Below are positions 47,864-60,420 of a stretch of DNA of 64,000 nucleotides, in pieces. Source of the DNA: Chiloscyllium plagiosum. Lineage: Eukaryota. The stretch's first letter is position 1; each line of letters begins with the position of its first letter. Both the position numbers and the translations under genes were made by a program. The notes beneath the pieces were generated by a model. It had not been told where the DNA came from and ran no database searches. It was given only the letters and a program-made list of their open reading frames with translations. Where the stretch lies: NCBI RefSeq assembly GCF_004010195.1, contig NC_057750.1, forward strand, positions 11,319,122-11,383,121. The letters run 5' to 3'.

Positions 47864-50800
47864 TGTGTGGGTTGGCTTTACTCTATATCATGTGATAGGG
47901 TATGGAGGGGGGGACTCTCAGCTGCTTGTTTGATAGGAACCAGTCGGCACTGATCCAGCAGCTTGGGGTATCCCTGGCAGGTATGTAAAGATTTATAAGT
48001 TCTCGACACGTTTAAGGAGAAGTTAGATAAATAGGTTGAAAGGAATATTGGATTGAATACTGGCAGGATTGGAGGGCGCTCAAACCCTAGTATGGATCAG
48101 TTGGACCGAATGGCCTGTTTCTCTGCTCTTTATAGTGGTGAGCTGAGCATTCTGAAGCATTCAAGGGAAGCGGGAAGGCGGAATTTTGAGTCAAGAAATT
48201 CCCGGTTGGTGTCTTCACCAGATCTCTAAAAGACTGACTGTTACTTCTGAGCTGTCGCTGTATTTGGGATTGTGACCAAGACCGTAGAGATGTTCCTTCT
48301 CTCGCTGTATATCTATCTATCCGTGTCTGTCACTGACGATTCGGGGTTTCCATGTCCCAAGCTGTTCCAGGGAGCGGGAGATTTTGTTTTAATTCTGCTC
48401 CAGATTTTATTTGCAACTTGCTTTGAAAGCCCCGCCTCTAGAGCCAGTCATGATTTGGAGGTACCGGTGTTGGAGTGGGGTGGACAAAGTTTGAAAATCT
48501 TACAACACCAGCTTATGGTCCAACAGGTTTTATTTGGAAGCACTAGCTGCTCCTTCATCAGGGTGGGATCAGTCAAGTCGAGATATCACTGTGGTTTGGG
48601 AGGGTTTGAAAGTCCGATTTCGGTATTAGGAGCTGGACATGTCTGTAGACCCCCATCTGTGTGGTTATAGGCGAAGGTTTTTATCTGGGGAGGAAGGGAA
48701 GGTCCCTCTAACCTCCTTCCAACCTCAGGGCTCTACTCACTTGACTATTTTAGACAAATTGTACAGTTGTCCTTTTTTGGTCCATTCCTGTTGTCTCTGG
48801 AGACCTCCAGTTTGTTGACTGCCTTTCTCCCTGTTCCGTGGAACGATTGTCGCCGTTGTATTTCAGACTTCCTTTACTGATTAATATTGTTCCCGCTAGT
48901 TGCAAGTGCCTTTCACGGCGAGGGGTGTCGCTCTGAATGAGACACGCCCCCCTGAGTCTGTGACTGAAACCGGGATCTGAAATCTCGGGTGAGGAATCCA
49001 AGTGATTTGTGGCTGGAGGAACTGTTGGAGATGTAAAGACCATTATATAATCCACCCGCTGTTGGTCTCCCACTAGAACTGAACATCTTTGTACAGGAGG
49101 CAAAGTTTCCCTTTATTTCTCACCACTCCAGTGAAGTGTATGTCGTTTAAATGTAGAAACAGTGGACAGCCAGTATGTATGCAGTAGGCCCCTAAAACAG
49201 CATCGAGATAAGGCACAGAATATTTTGTTATTTGTGATATTGATCAAGGGAGAAACGTTGGCTCAGATTATCGGCCAGACCTCTCTCCTTTTGAAATTGG
49301 ATCGTTTTACGTCCACCAGAGAGAAATGTCTTGGTTCAATACAACGTGTCATGAGAGTCTGCGCTTCCGACAGAACTGCACTCGCTCAGTATTGGTCAAG
49401 GCTATTGCTGTTGAACTCTGGGCTGGGGCTTGAACCCACAACTTTCTGAAGCGAAAGTGCATTGAGGCACAGCTGGCGTCCATGAGAGTGGTTTTAACCT
49501 CTCATGTAGGTACCTTGTTCAGAGTCAACACAGTAAAGGCAAGGAATTTGAATTATATTCTGTAAGGAAGTGTTGTCAATGAGAGAGGTTGTCATAGACT
49601 GCTTATTCTGTAGTTAGTGAGGTGTTCACAGGGTAAATAATAACGCACTTCTTTACTACACAGAGGAACACTTTTTCAAGATGAAAGAAATACATCCAGT
49701 CTTCAGTGATGCAGTGTAGAAGGCTGCGAACATGGGTGGATGAGTTGACCTAAGGGTCTGTTTCCGTGCAGTTTCACTTTATGACTTGTTCTTCACTGTG
49801 TGAGACTGACCAGAGAGAACCTGATGATACATGAGCAGTGATCTATCTGATGTGGTGCCATAGCAAACACTCTAAGTGGCCACAATTTGTAACTTTATTT
49901 TTAATTCATACCAATGGGATGTGGCTGGGCCAACAGTTATTGCCCATCTCTAATTGTCCTAAAGAAGGTGGTGGCAAGTTACCTCCATGAACTGTTGCAG
50001 TTCTTCAGTGTAATGGCACCTACAGTGATATGAGGTTGGGAGAGTCACTTCAAGCGGTTCTTATAGTTTGCTGGAGTGTGCAGAGGAAAGAGGAAGCACG
50101 TTAGTCATAGGAATGCTGGGAATACAAAGTTCAGACGGCAGCAATGAGTTAAACACAAACTTGCAAGCATGACTGGTTACAATGTCTTCTGTTGCAATTC
50201 TATCTTATCCATGAGTTCCTCCAGTAACATTGTCTCCCACAATCTATTAAAGCTCAATCCTGGTGTCCTTAACTGTAACATGGAATCATAGGAAAAGTAG
50301 TTTCTCATTTCTATTGAGCTTTGCACAAAGTGTTTTACAGTCACTGAAGTGCTTTTAGAGTCTGGTCACAGTCATAATGTGGGAGACACACCAGTCACTT
50401 TGTACACAGCAAGCTCCCACAAATAGTGCTGACAATGAGCAGAGAATCTGTTTATTTTCTGAGATAAAATAATAGAAATAGAAGTAAGCCATTCAGCTCC
50501 TGAATCCGATTCATCAAGCAACATGATTATGGCTGATGGTCAGTCTCACCGCCGTACTTTTGCTTTCTCTCTGTGACACTTCTCTAGAAATCTATCTTTC
50601 TGAAACATTTTCAGTGACTTTGCATCCATAGCCATTTGTAGTAAAGAATTCTACTAGTTCAACAGTCTGAATGAAGAAATTTCTTACCTTGTGGCTTACC
50701 TCATATCCTGAGATCATTCCTCCTCAAGCTAGACTCCAAGCCACAGAAAATCATCTCTGATGTTGTTTAAGGGATATATACATGCTGAGAAATTGAATAA

Positions 50801-51775
50801 ATCTCTTCCTTTTGAGATTTGCACAAGAATAGACAAATAACAGTTTCAAGTCTTGTTCAACAGACATTGCCTCTGACATTTCTGCATGGAATGATCCGTG
50901 GATATCAGACTAGATTAATATTCTTGAGTCTACATGATGGTTGATGCAACAATTTAAGGAGGATTAAATCTAGCAAATTTATCTTCAGCCACCAAAAATC
51001 AGTCAAGTACATTCAATTGTTTAATATTTCACCTCTCGAAAGACACTTCCAACAGTGCAGTATACCCTCAACCCTGCCTGGGTTCTTGTGTTAAATCTGG
51101 GGGGATGGTCAAGTCTCACTCCAACCTTTTAAACTGGAGGCAAGAATGCTTCCACGGCCAAGTTTATTCATAAATCTACAGTGTTTGTAATCTCTTAGCT
51201 TTGATGTTCCTCTCTGACTAAATTAACCCACTTTTTTTAAAAAAAAAACCTCATGCCCTCAGCTCTCTTCAGAGTTCCCCAAAAGTTTTTGTTTCCAATT
51301 GTGTGGCAAAACTAGATACCGTTAATAAAATATTTACATTGGTAAATTCACAGGAATTTGGGAAAAGCTAAAGTCTTCATCTTTCAAAACGAGAAGCTGG
51401 TGGGCTGACCTGAAATTATGAAGACATTTGATAGTGTGGATGCAGATATGGTGTTTCCACCTCCCAAAACGAGGGACAAAAAATATGAAACAGTGATAAA
51501 TCAATGGGGAATTCATTGAAAACCTTTTTATCCAGAGAAAGGTGAGAATGTAGAATTACTATCACCAGGTGCAGATGAGGTAAGATAAATGAACTTGTTT
51601 TAGAGAAGTTTAAGGGTGAAAAGGGTCAAAATAATAGGGTTAGGCAGAGAGTTATGAAGAAGCTCGTGTTGAGCATAAAGGCTGGTTTGGATCCATTAGA
51701 ACCAAATGGCTTGTTTTTCTATACATACCTTGCAACTGGACCTGAACTAATCCAAATTCTCCCCTTTGCTTTTAG

Positions 51776-51864
51776 GTGTGAATGGATCTGAAGATAAAGT
51801 GTGAGAAGCACGGACAACTTACTGGTTTGTGAATCTTTCAAAAGCAGCCAATGGCTGCAAGCAG
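51776..51864 (+). other. SERTAD1: Predicted internal exon of SERTAD1-like gene (5' UTR with uORF plus start codon)
   Basis: Branch-like actaat, acceptor ttctcccctttgcttttag|G, donor CAG|GTGTGT; uORF at 51782-51832. Confidence 0.7.
51851..51864 (+). CDS. SERTAD1: SERTAD1-like coding exon 1 (MAAS plus AG, phase 2)
   Basis: ATG GCT GCA AGC AG|gt joins in frame to ag|T TTT CCG TTG GGT AAA at 57735. The joined CDS is 810 nt (269 aa). Confidence 0.65.
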
Positions 51865-52189
51865 GTGTGTAAAAAAAAAAAACTTGAGGCAAACTCGATT
51901 CTTGTATAAAGTAGGTAGAATGAGCTGTTGGCGGTTAGTAACTATCCATTTCTTGTGGAAAAGAGAGCTTATATGTTTATTCTACAATTTATCCTCTTCC
52001 TTCATCAGGTCACTTGCTCCCTGAGTTGGGGGGGGACAATCCAGTGAGAAGTTTGCCATCCCCCTCTCCACTTCTCCCTATTCGTTCTTGAGACATCAAT
52101 AAGTTTCATTTGACTTGTGGACAGTCAAGACCCATTGATTTGGAATGTCACAAGTCATTTAATGATTAAAAACCTGCAGGCTACATGAT

Positions 52190-52555
52190 GTCAGTTGTGG
52201 CTCAGTGATTAGCCCTTCCATCCAAGTCAGGAGTTCCTAGCTTCAAGTCCATCACCAGGACATGAGTTCAAAGTCTAGGCTAGCGCTCCAATTTAATATA
52301 CACTGTCAGATGAGCCATCTTTTAGATGAATCATTAAACAGAGTCCTGTCTACCCTCTTGGGTGGATGTTAAAGATTCTATGACACTATTTCACAGAAGA
52401 GCTGGACAGTTTCACCAATATTTTTCCCTGGCTCAATATTTTTTTAAAAAATCATTGCTGTTCATGAACTGGTTGCCGTGATAACACACATTATTTTATT
52501 GACTGTAAAACACTTTGGGACATCTGGTGGTTGTGAAATTTTAGACAAATGCAAA
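52190..52555 (+). mobile_element. DeuSINE remnant (further minus-strand copies at about 29830-30015, 49130-49470, 50325-50465)
   Basis: tRNA-like head, gatgaatcattaaacagagtcctgtc, aaagattctatgacactatttcacagaagagc. Confidence 0.65.
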
Positions 52556-53079
52556 ATTTGTTTTGGGGTACAGTAATCTAACGATTCTGTCACTGGGTCA
52601 GCAAGGTGGAGCTCCTCAGTTCAGATTCTACCATAACAAGTTGTAAAATTGAATTCAATATTTTAAATTTTTGTTTTGGGTGGCAAACAGAAATTGGCAA
52701 TAAATATTGAGGTTGCTGTTAAAAACCTAATTGCATCACTAATGTCCTTCAGGGGAAGAAACCTGCCACCCAACTATTCCTGTCTAACACCTAGATGTTG
52801 ACCCAATGTCCTCAGGATAGTAAGTGCTGACTGGCTTCCAAGATGCAGGTCTCGATATGATTGTTGCAGTTTCATGGTTATTCCACAGGGTTCTGTCCTT
52901 ACCAAAGTGCACTCAGTGAAGATTATTAGACAGTCAGTGGTCACTGGAAGCAAGCAACAATTTTCACTTGTAAATTAAAACACCACAAGGAATCTCACAG
53001 AAGTATAATTGGGCAAAAGTTAACACCCAGTCAAAGAAAGAAATGTTACACTAGGTGATCAAAAATGAAATGTTTTAAG

Positions 53080-53800
53080 GCCTGGGGAATATTGCTGAAC
53101 AAAGAGACCTTGGAGCGCAGGTTCTTTGTTCCTTGAAAGTAGAGTCACAGGGAGATAGGATAGTGAAGAAGGCATTTGGCTGTTTGCCTTGATTGGTCAG
53201 TGCATCAAATGTAGCACTTGGGAGGTCATGTTGTGGCTGTGCAGGACACTGGTTAGGCCGCTATTGGAATACTGTGTGCAATTCTGGTCTCCCTGCTATA
53301 GGAAAGATGCTGTGAAACTTAAAAGGGTTCAGAAAAGATTTACAAGGATGTTCCCAGGATTGGAGAGTTTGAGCTACAGGGAGAGGCTGAATAGACTGGG
53401 GCTGTTTTTCCTAAAGTGTCAGAGGCGGAGGGTAATCTCACAGAGGTTCATAAAATCATGAGGGACATGGATAGGGTGAATCGTCAAGGTATTTTCCCTG
53501 GTGTGGGCGAGTCCAAAACTAGAGGTCATAAGTTTAAGGTAAGAGGGGAAAGATTTTTATAAGGGACCTAAGGGGCAACAATTTCATGTAGAGGATGGTG
53601 TGTGTATGGAAGGTGCTGGTACAATTACAGCATTTAAAAGGCATAAGACTCTGATATCTGGATGGTAAATGAATAATAAGGGTTTAGAGTCATTATAGGC
53701 CAAATGCTGGCAAATGGGACTAGCTTAATTTAGGATATCTGATGGGCATGGATGAGTCGGACCGAAGGGTCTGTTTCCGTGCTGTCTATATCTATGACTG
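53080..53800 (+). mobile_element. CR1/HER1 LINE 3' fragment
   Basis: [22 protein letters not shown]...RVQKRFTRM.PGL..LSYRERL. Confidence 0.88.
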
Positions 53801-54841
53801 AGTATCTTAAAGGAGGAAAGAGAGGTTTAAGGAGGGATTAAAGAAGTTAGCACCCTGGCAGCTGAAGATATGGCCAACAATGGTAGAGTGAAAGAAGTGG
53901 AGGATGTGTGAAAGACTAGAATTAGAGGAATGCAGTTATCAGAGGCAAGTACATTTTGGAGAGGGGGGAATTGAAATTCAATGCGTTTATAACAGAATCT
54001 CTGACAGCAGATCGCGATGGTGAGGAACAGCATACAAGTTCCCCTGATCCCTTTTCCACAAGGGAGCAGTGTCTTTGGCAAGCTGGGGGCAGTGGGCAGA
54101 TACAGAGACATGGCCAAGAGACCGAGGAGGAGGAGGAGGAAGCCAGGACATCAATAGGATGTTTCTGTTTCTGGCTAGAAAATCAGAAAGGAGAATTAGA
54201 GCTGGCATTACAACTACTGGGTATCCAGCTATTGTTGACTGACAGTGGTTAGAAAGCTGGGAAGTGCCAGTGGCAACCAAAGTGAATGATCTGTACAAAA
54301 CTTCTGAATGCAACAAATCCAGAGGAACAATACATCTTTTTTGGGTCTGGGAGACATGGTAATTGGTATTATATGGTAATAGGAAATTAACTGGAGGAGC
54401 TTCTCCAACTGAACTCATTACCCAGCTGGTTAGAGATCAGGAGTCAAGATCCTCGAGCCTGCTTGACCATTCAGTAAGATAATGGCTGATCTGTTTGTGT
54501 TCCAAATTCCACATTCTCACCTACCCTTGATAAGTTTGATTCCTTTGCTTAGCAAACATCTATCTGTCATCGTCTTCAAAAATATTCAATGACCCAGCTC
54601 CCACTACCTTCTGAGGCAGAGTTCCCAAATCCTTCAACCCTGAAAAAATTCTCCTCATTTTGGAACTAAAAGGGTGACCTGTAAATTTAGACCAGTGCCC
54701 CTAGTTCTGGACTCCCTCACAAGACAAAATATCCTTTCCACATTCAGGATCTTATACATTTCAATCAAGTCACCCCTCGCTCTTCTAAATTTTAAATAGA
54801 AAAGAGACCAGACTGTCCAAACTATCCTCATAAGACAACCT

Positions 54842-55176
54842 GGTGGCATGGTTGCTCAGTGGTTAGCACTGCTGCCTCACAGTGCCAGGGACCTGGTTTG
54901 ATACCACCCTTGAGTAACTGTTGGTGTGGAGTTTGCACGTTCTCCCCGTATCTGCGCATGATTCCTCCAGATGCTCTGGTTTCCTCCCATGGTCAAAAGA
55001 TGTGCAGGTTAGGTGAACTGGCCCTGCTAATTTGCCCTTGGTGTCCAGGATGTGCAGGCCAGGTGGGTTACCCATGGGTAAGGGGGCTAGTCTGGGTGGG
55101 ATGCTGTCTGGACGGTTGGTGTTGACTCAGTGGGCCAAATGGCCTGCTTCCACAAAGTAGGGATTCTATGATTCTA
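54842..55176 (+). mobile_element. HE1-type V-SINE nested in a minus-strand CR1 remnant (about 54435-55700)
   Basis: gctcagtggttagcactgctgcctcacag head, V-domain, ctatgattcta tail. Confidence 0.85.
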
Positions 55177-56599
55177 ATCCATTCATTCTGGGTGTGAGTC
55201 TCGTGAACTTCATCTGAATCACTTCCAATAAATTTACACCCTTCTTTAAATAAGATAATTAAAACTGCACACCCTATTCACAATGTGGTCTCAGCAATTC
55301 CCTGTGTAACTGAAGCATAACATTCTTTCATTTTATATTCAGATCATTATGTAATAAAGAGATTGTTTTCCACCAGCCTTTTGCATGCTGTATCTGCAGA
55401 GTGACGTTTTCATGAATCAGAACATCTAGATCACGTTATACCTCCAAACTCTGCAGTCATTCTCTACTTATTCTGCTTTTTCATTCTTCCTGCTCAACTT
55501 CAAATTTTCCCACATTGTACTCCTCTCTCACTCACTCAACTTAAGTCCTTCTGCAAATACTTTATTATTGCTTCTTAATAATAATTTGCTATCTCAAAAT
55601 TTTATCTCCCATGCCTTCACTCTCCTCTAATTCATTGATGTAAATAGTAATCTTTGAGGCCTCAGCTCCAACCTCCTGTGGGAATCTACTTGTCTCACCC
55701 TGCCAAACAGACAGACACATTTATTTATGAATATGCTGTTTTCTGCCAACTAGAAATAACCCTGCACCATAATTTTTCTTTTTCCAACAATAACTGGAGC
55801 AGGCATGCAACACTTGAATAGCTAATCAACTGGCAGCACCATTTTAGCCAGCCAAGCCTCATGGAGCAAGAGAGAGCAGGGCAACAGCAAAAAGTTTATG
55901 TAGGTCCATGAATAGTGCAGACCAAAGCCACTCATGGCAGCTTAAAAGATGGGAAATTGTATTGGAGTGAGCCACGGAGAGATCAGGAGTGTATTTCAAT
56001 AATGATATGCTGATGGATCTGCGATATTTGGGTGAACATCCATTGTAAATAATTAATTCCTCTAAGTTATACTTTTCCATTATCTATAAATATTGCCATG
56101 GAATTTTAAAAATCGCTCTTTTATAATCTTTGTACACTGTTTTTGTTAATTGTCTATTACACACGGATGGTCAGAAACAGTGTAGGTCAACAAGCATGGG
56201 GCTGACTGGATTTGGTGGAACGTAGTACATAGCATGGATCTTCAAAAGCTGAATTTCATGGACCGGCAGGTGGGGGTTCACTGGCCATAGGTACATCGAA
56301 CAGTTGAGTTTGAAAGTAGGAATGGTGTGAATGAGAGTTTCAGCAGTTAATAACTGGTGATATGACCGAGGTGGAAGAAGGTAGTCCTCCTGGTGGAGAG
56401 GATAAGGAGTCAAGAGCTCACCTCTGTCTCAAATAGGGTGCTGTGGGTACATACATTTGGTTCAGTTTCAATAGCCAGGAGGAGAGATCGGATCATTAAT
56501 AAGGGAATGGATTTAGTTCAGTGACAAAACAATGGTTCAGTTTATCCAGTTGTTAATTAGAGTAAATCTCTGCACTTACATTACTGGCTGATCTTCACT

Positions 56600-57200
56600 T
56601 TGAGTTGAGAATGTGGTGTTGGAAAAGCACAGCAGGTCAGGCAGCATCCGAGGAGCAGGAAAATCCCTGTTTCGGGCAAAAAACCCTTCTTCAGGAATGT
56701 TTAATTTGAGGTTAGTTCTGGCACTTTGACTGAGCTACCACAACACAAATTGGGGTCAACCTCCTGGACTGAATGGCAGGATTGCAGTGGGTCACCAGGA
56801 GGAATAAATGCAGTATTCATGATGAAAGTCTAGAATCTTCAATCTCTCACCCTTCATTAATTGGTTGGATCTGACCTTTCACTTCCTCGCTTCCCTTTCA
56901 CCAGAGCCCCTCAAAACCCCAAACAGGTGAAATGTGATATACTATATTTCCTGTTCACAACACAACCACCTCTACACTGGAGATACCAAAAGTGGACTGT
57001 GTGACCAGTTTACAGAGTGTCTCATTCAGTCTGCAAGTATTACCCTGAGAGTTTGATTGTTTGCCACTCTGATTCTTCTGTCCTCCACCTTTCAAATTGA
57101 TCTAGTGAAGCTCAGTGCAAACTTGAAGCTTCATCACATCATCTTTCAACTGGGCACTTTATACCCTTCAGGACTCAGCATGGAGTTTGATAACTTGAGA
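56600..57200. mobile_element. PLE remnants: minus-strand terminus (56600-56700) and old plus-strand GIY-YIG fragment (about 56920-57200)
   Basis: gtttcgggcaaaaaacccttcttcaggaat; HHIIFQLGTLYPSGLSMEF. Confidence 0.6.
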
Positions 57201-57734
57201 ATAACTATGCTCTCATTTACTCAAGATAAGAGCTGTTGGTAATTTTTCTGCTTTTCCCACTTCCCTTTTGGACCAAATTTTGTTCCTCATTCCTTGCACC
57301 ATTACATCTCCTTTTGCTTTGCAGCATCATCCCATTAGTCACTCCTGAACCCTATCACTCAAGCTAAGTAATGGATGTTCGGAATCTGATTTGAAAACAG
57401 GAAATAGCCAGTCTGGTGATATTGGCAGAGAGACAAAACTGAAACCTTAAACTCTGTTACTCTCTCTTTATCAATAAATTATTTTAGCGTGAGTAATTAT
57501 GGAATTTCCTACCTGTATTACAAATCTCTCCCTTTAGATTTTCTTCCCTTCTCCCTACTTTTGTCTCTGACTTGTATTTGTGTTTAAAAATTGCTAAATC
57601 TTAATGTTTTCCTGGTTATTATGAAAGATTGCAATGTTTACTTTGCCTCTCTCTGCAGTTGCTGCCTGAGTCTGGTGAGGATTTTTCACCTTTTTCTGTT
57701 TTCAGTGCTGATAGTGTCTTTTTGTTTTGTGCAG

Positions 57735-58530
57735 TTTTCCGTTGGGTAAAGGAGTGAAGCGGAAACGCCACGAGGATGACGGTGGTCAGGCTGCAGCAGA
57801 ATACACTCCACAAACCTTCCATTGTGGCACATTGCTAGACATCTCTCTGCTTAAACTGCATCAGAACTGTGTTCTGGCAGAGCGCAACTTACACCGCTCC
57901 GTGCTGATTGCCAATACCTTGCGCAGGCTGCAAGCGGAGATCCGCTGGGAGAATGGTCACAACACGATGCCCAGTGAGATGCCACTGCTGCCACCTGAGC
58001 AACTTACTAGTGGTGCCAACCAACTACAGCCCCTCTCCAAAATGGGAGAGGAAATCACTGATCTAAACAACAACATTGCCAAGGCACCCTCGCCAAGCCT
58101 CACTGAAGCACCCTTCTGTCTCCTCTCTGGCAATGACAGCTCATTGTCCTCTGCCATCTCCACCATACTTCAGGACCTGGACTATGTGGAGGACCTGAGC
58201 ACCCCTCCAGGCCAAGCACCTCCCGAAGATGACCATCTCTTGCCGCTGAAGCCAGTGAGCCCAGATCCCCGGCCGGAGCCCAGATCCCTTGATTCCATCT
58301 TCACAGCCTTTGAAATTGCAGACTCAGATGACTTCCTTATTGACGGTTCCCTTGATGCAATCTTTGAAGACATTGACACCTCTATGTATGATGTCCCGCA
58401 GGGCTTCCCTGCAGGGGCCTGTCCCACCATCCAGCCTAACAAAGCTTCACGAGGCATCCCTTCAGCAAAGCCCCACAACAGCCGGACAGACTTTGAGTTG
58501 GAGAATCTGATGGACCTTCTTGTTGGTTGA
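57735..58530 (+). CDS. SERTAD1: SERTA domain-containing protein, SERTAD1-like (TRIP-Br1), main coding exon
   Basis: LGKGVKRKR, SERTA LLDISLLKLH...NLHRSVLIANTLRRLQ, IFEDIDTSMYD and ELENLMDLLVG resemble SERTAD1 (FEDIDTSMYD...ELDYLMDVLVG). Acceptor tttgttttgtgcag at 57734. Confidence 0.88.
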
Positions 58531-59402
58531 TACTTTGTGCAAGGGGATTTATTCCCTTTTTGGAATATTAACTGGTATTTTTCCAAAACCCAAAAGACTT
58601 GGACAAGAACTACCTGGGCTGCTGTTCCACCTCCGTCTTTTTCTCTTTGCAGAGTTTCTGGCCTCTAAATATTCTTCTCTGTAGAGTCCCCACTTTAAAG
58701 CCACTGGGCTCATACCTTTGTCCCCCTTGGGAAAAGACAGTTTTAGCTTCTGCTGGCAGACCAGTCTACATGTCACATGCCTAAATGGATGGAGACTGGA
58801 TTTGCACACAGGGAGGCAAAGGAATAGAAGTTTGCACTCATAGAATTCTATGCGGTTAGATAGGAGGAGGCCCATACGGATACCAGCATAGTCCATTTCG
58901 GCTGAATGGCTGACAGGATGGGTGGTCCTCTAATCACCTCTGTCAGAAGTGGTGAACAGAGCGTTCCTTTGGGCTGCAGATGACCTACTTGTGTGCATCC
59001 AAGCATGACCATAGTGGGGAGGGGTAATTAATTGGTAATAAGTCAGATTGCTCACCATCACCTTCTCAAGCACAATTAGAGATGGGTAAGAAACTCTAGC
59101 CTTGTCAGCAATGTTTCCTGTTCAGTTTGCATGCATGTAGCTGTTCAGAGGGCCCGTGCACAGCATTGGTGTGCCACACTGTTTGCAGCATCAATTTCTG
59201 GTTCTGAAAGTTGCTGCCACATATGGATCTGAGTTCCATGCAGAAGAAAAAATGTAGCAGGAACACTGCTTGTCAGTGAAGTTCACATAATTTTCTTTCT
59301 TACAAGAAGTTTCCCTCTCCCATTTTCCATGTTTCTAATGCCCAGTTGAAGAGTTCATGCCTAATTTTAACTTTTCTGTATGTATGTTAATATTGAGATT
59401 TT

Positions 59403-59445
59403 GTGTGTGTATATAATAGATGTGTGTGTGTGTGTGTATATATAT
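59403..59445. repeat. (TG)n/(TA)n microsatellite
   Basis: Seen directly. Confidence 0.8.
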
Positions 59446-59586
59446 TTTGTCCTCTGCATGCCTTGGTTACTCCAAGTTGTTAACGTTTAACACTTGATGA
59501 ACATCAGCAAGGGCCTGGATAAAGATGCAATGTCATTTGATCTATTTATTTCGCAGTGCATTTACCTTTCCTCTCCTGAAGGTGCT

Positions 59587-59720
59587 GACTCTCCCTGGAT
59601 ATAGGTTGCTCATAACTGGAGTCTCCCTGGGGTACAGATTCCACAGGGCCCAACTCTTCCTGGGGACATAGTTTTCATAGACTCTCCCTGGGGTGTGGGC
59701 CCCACAGTCCCTGATTCTTC
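59587..59720 (+). repeat. Degenerate ~30-bp minisatellite (4 units with core actctccctgg(gg)) in SERTAD1 3' UTR
   Basis: The core recurs at about 59588, 59620, 59652 and 59681. Confidence 0.6.
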
Positions 59721-60231
59721 TTTATCCCTCTCCCATGTTGCCCTTCAATGAGGTGCTCTGCCCAGTCACTGCCTACTCTTTTTGACAGTGATGGCACTAA
59801 TATATTTCAATGCTGTAACTTTTATGTAAAGCAGACATGTCCTATGCTAGCTTCCTGTTGGAGGTGGGATGGATGCAGATTGTCCTGGCACACACTGCAG
59901 GCAGAGTGTGCCAGCATTAAACCTGGTGACCAAGAATGATCCACCCAATGTATTTATAGAGCAGACAGGCAAGATTTGGGGGCGAAGGGACATAAAGGAA
60001 AGAGCCAAAGGAACAAGCACCAGCAAATCTTGGAGACACTCTGATCATAACAGTGAAGCCGGTCTTCGTTCCCCTTCTTTGTTCCCGTAGCACCCAGTCC
60101 CTTCCTGAATCTGTTCACATGTGGCTCACTCCAGTCCTACTTTCTTCCATGCCTGCTTTTGTTAGCATTAACTAAATAATGAAATTACACTGTGCTGCTT
60201 TTGAGCTATATAAAATTAATTTAAGAACAAC

Positions 60232-60237
60232 AATAAA
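60232..60237 (+). terminator. Candidate poly(A) signal of SERTAD1-like gene
   Basis: AATAAA followed by a U/GU-rich tract. Confidence 0.5.
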
Positions 60238-60420
60238 TATTTTTGTTTTGATGTTTCCTATATTGTTTCTCGCATTCCTGGCAGTCACTTCTCACAGTTC
60301 AAAGGTTTACTCTCTAGGTCAGTAGTTTTTCACCTCTGACCCCTTGACATTGGGCCTTAAGATCTGACTTGTTAAAGGGCTACATGGTTGTTCATACTGT
60401 CCAGAACAAATAAACGTTTG

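Noticed and set aside
51830-51832. Selenocysteine or readthrough at the in-frame TGA extending SERTAD1 N-terminally
   Set aside because: No SECIS or readthrough context could be identified by eye; a plain uORF is simpler.
57727-57734. ORF-track start (TTG) for the 267-aa SERTAD ORF
   Set aside because: It lies in the polypyrimidine tract and acceptor of the intron; it is not a eukaryotic start.
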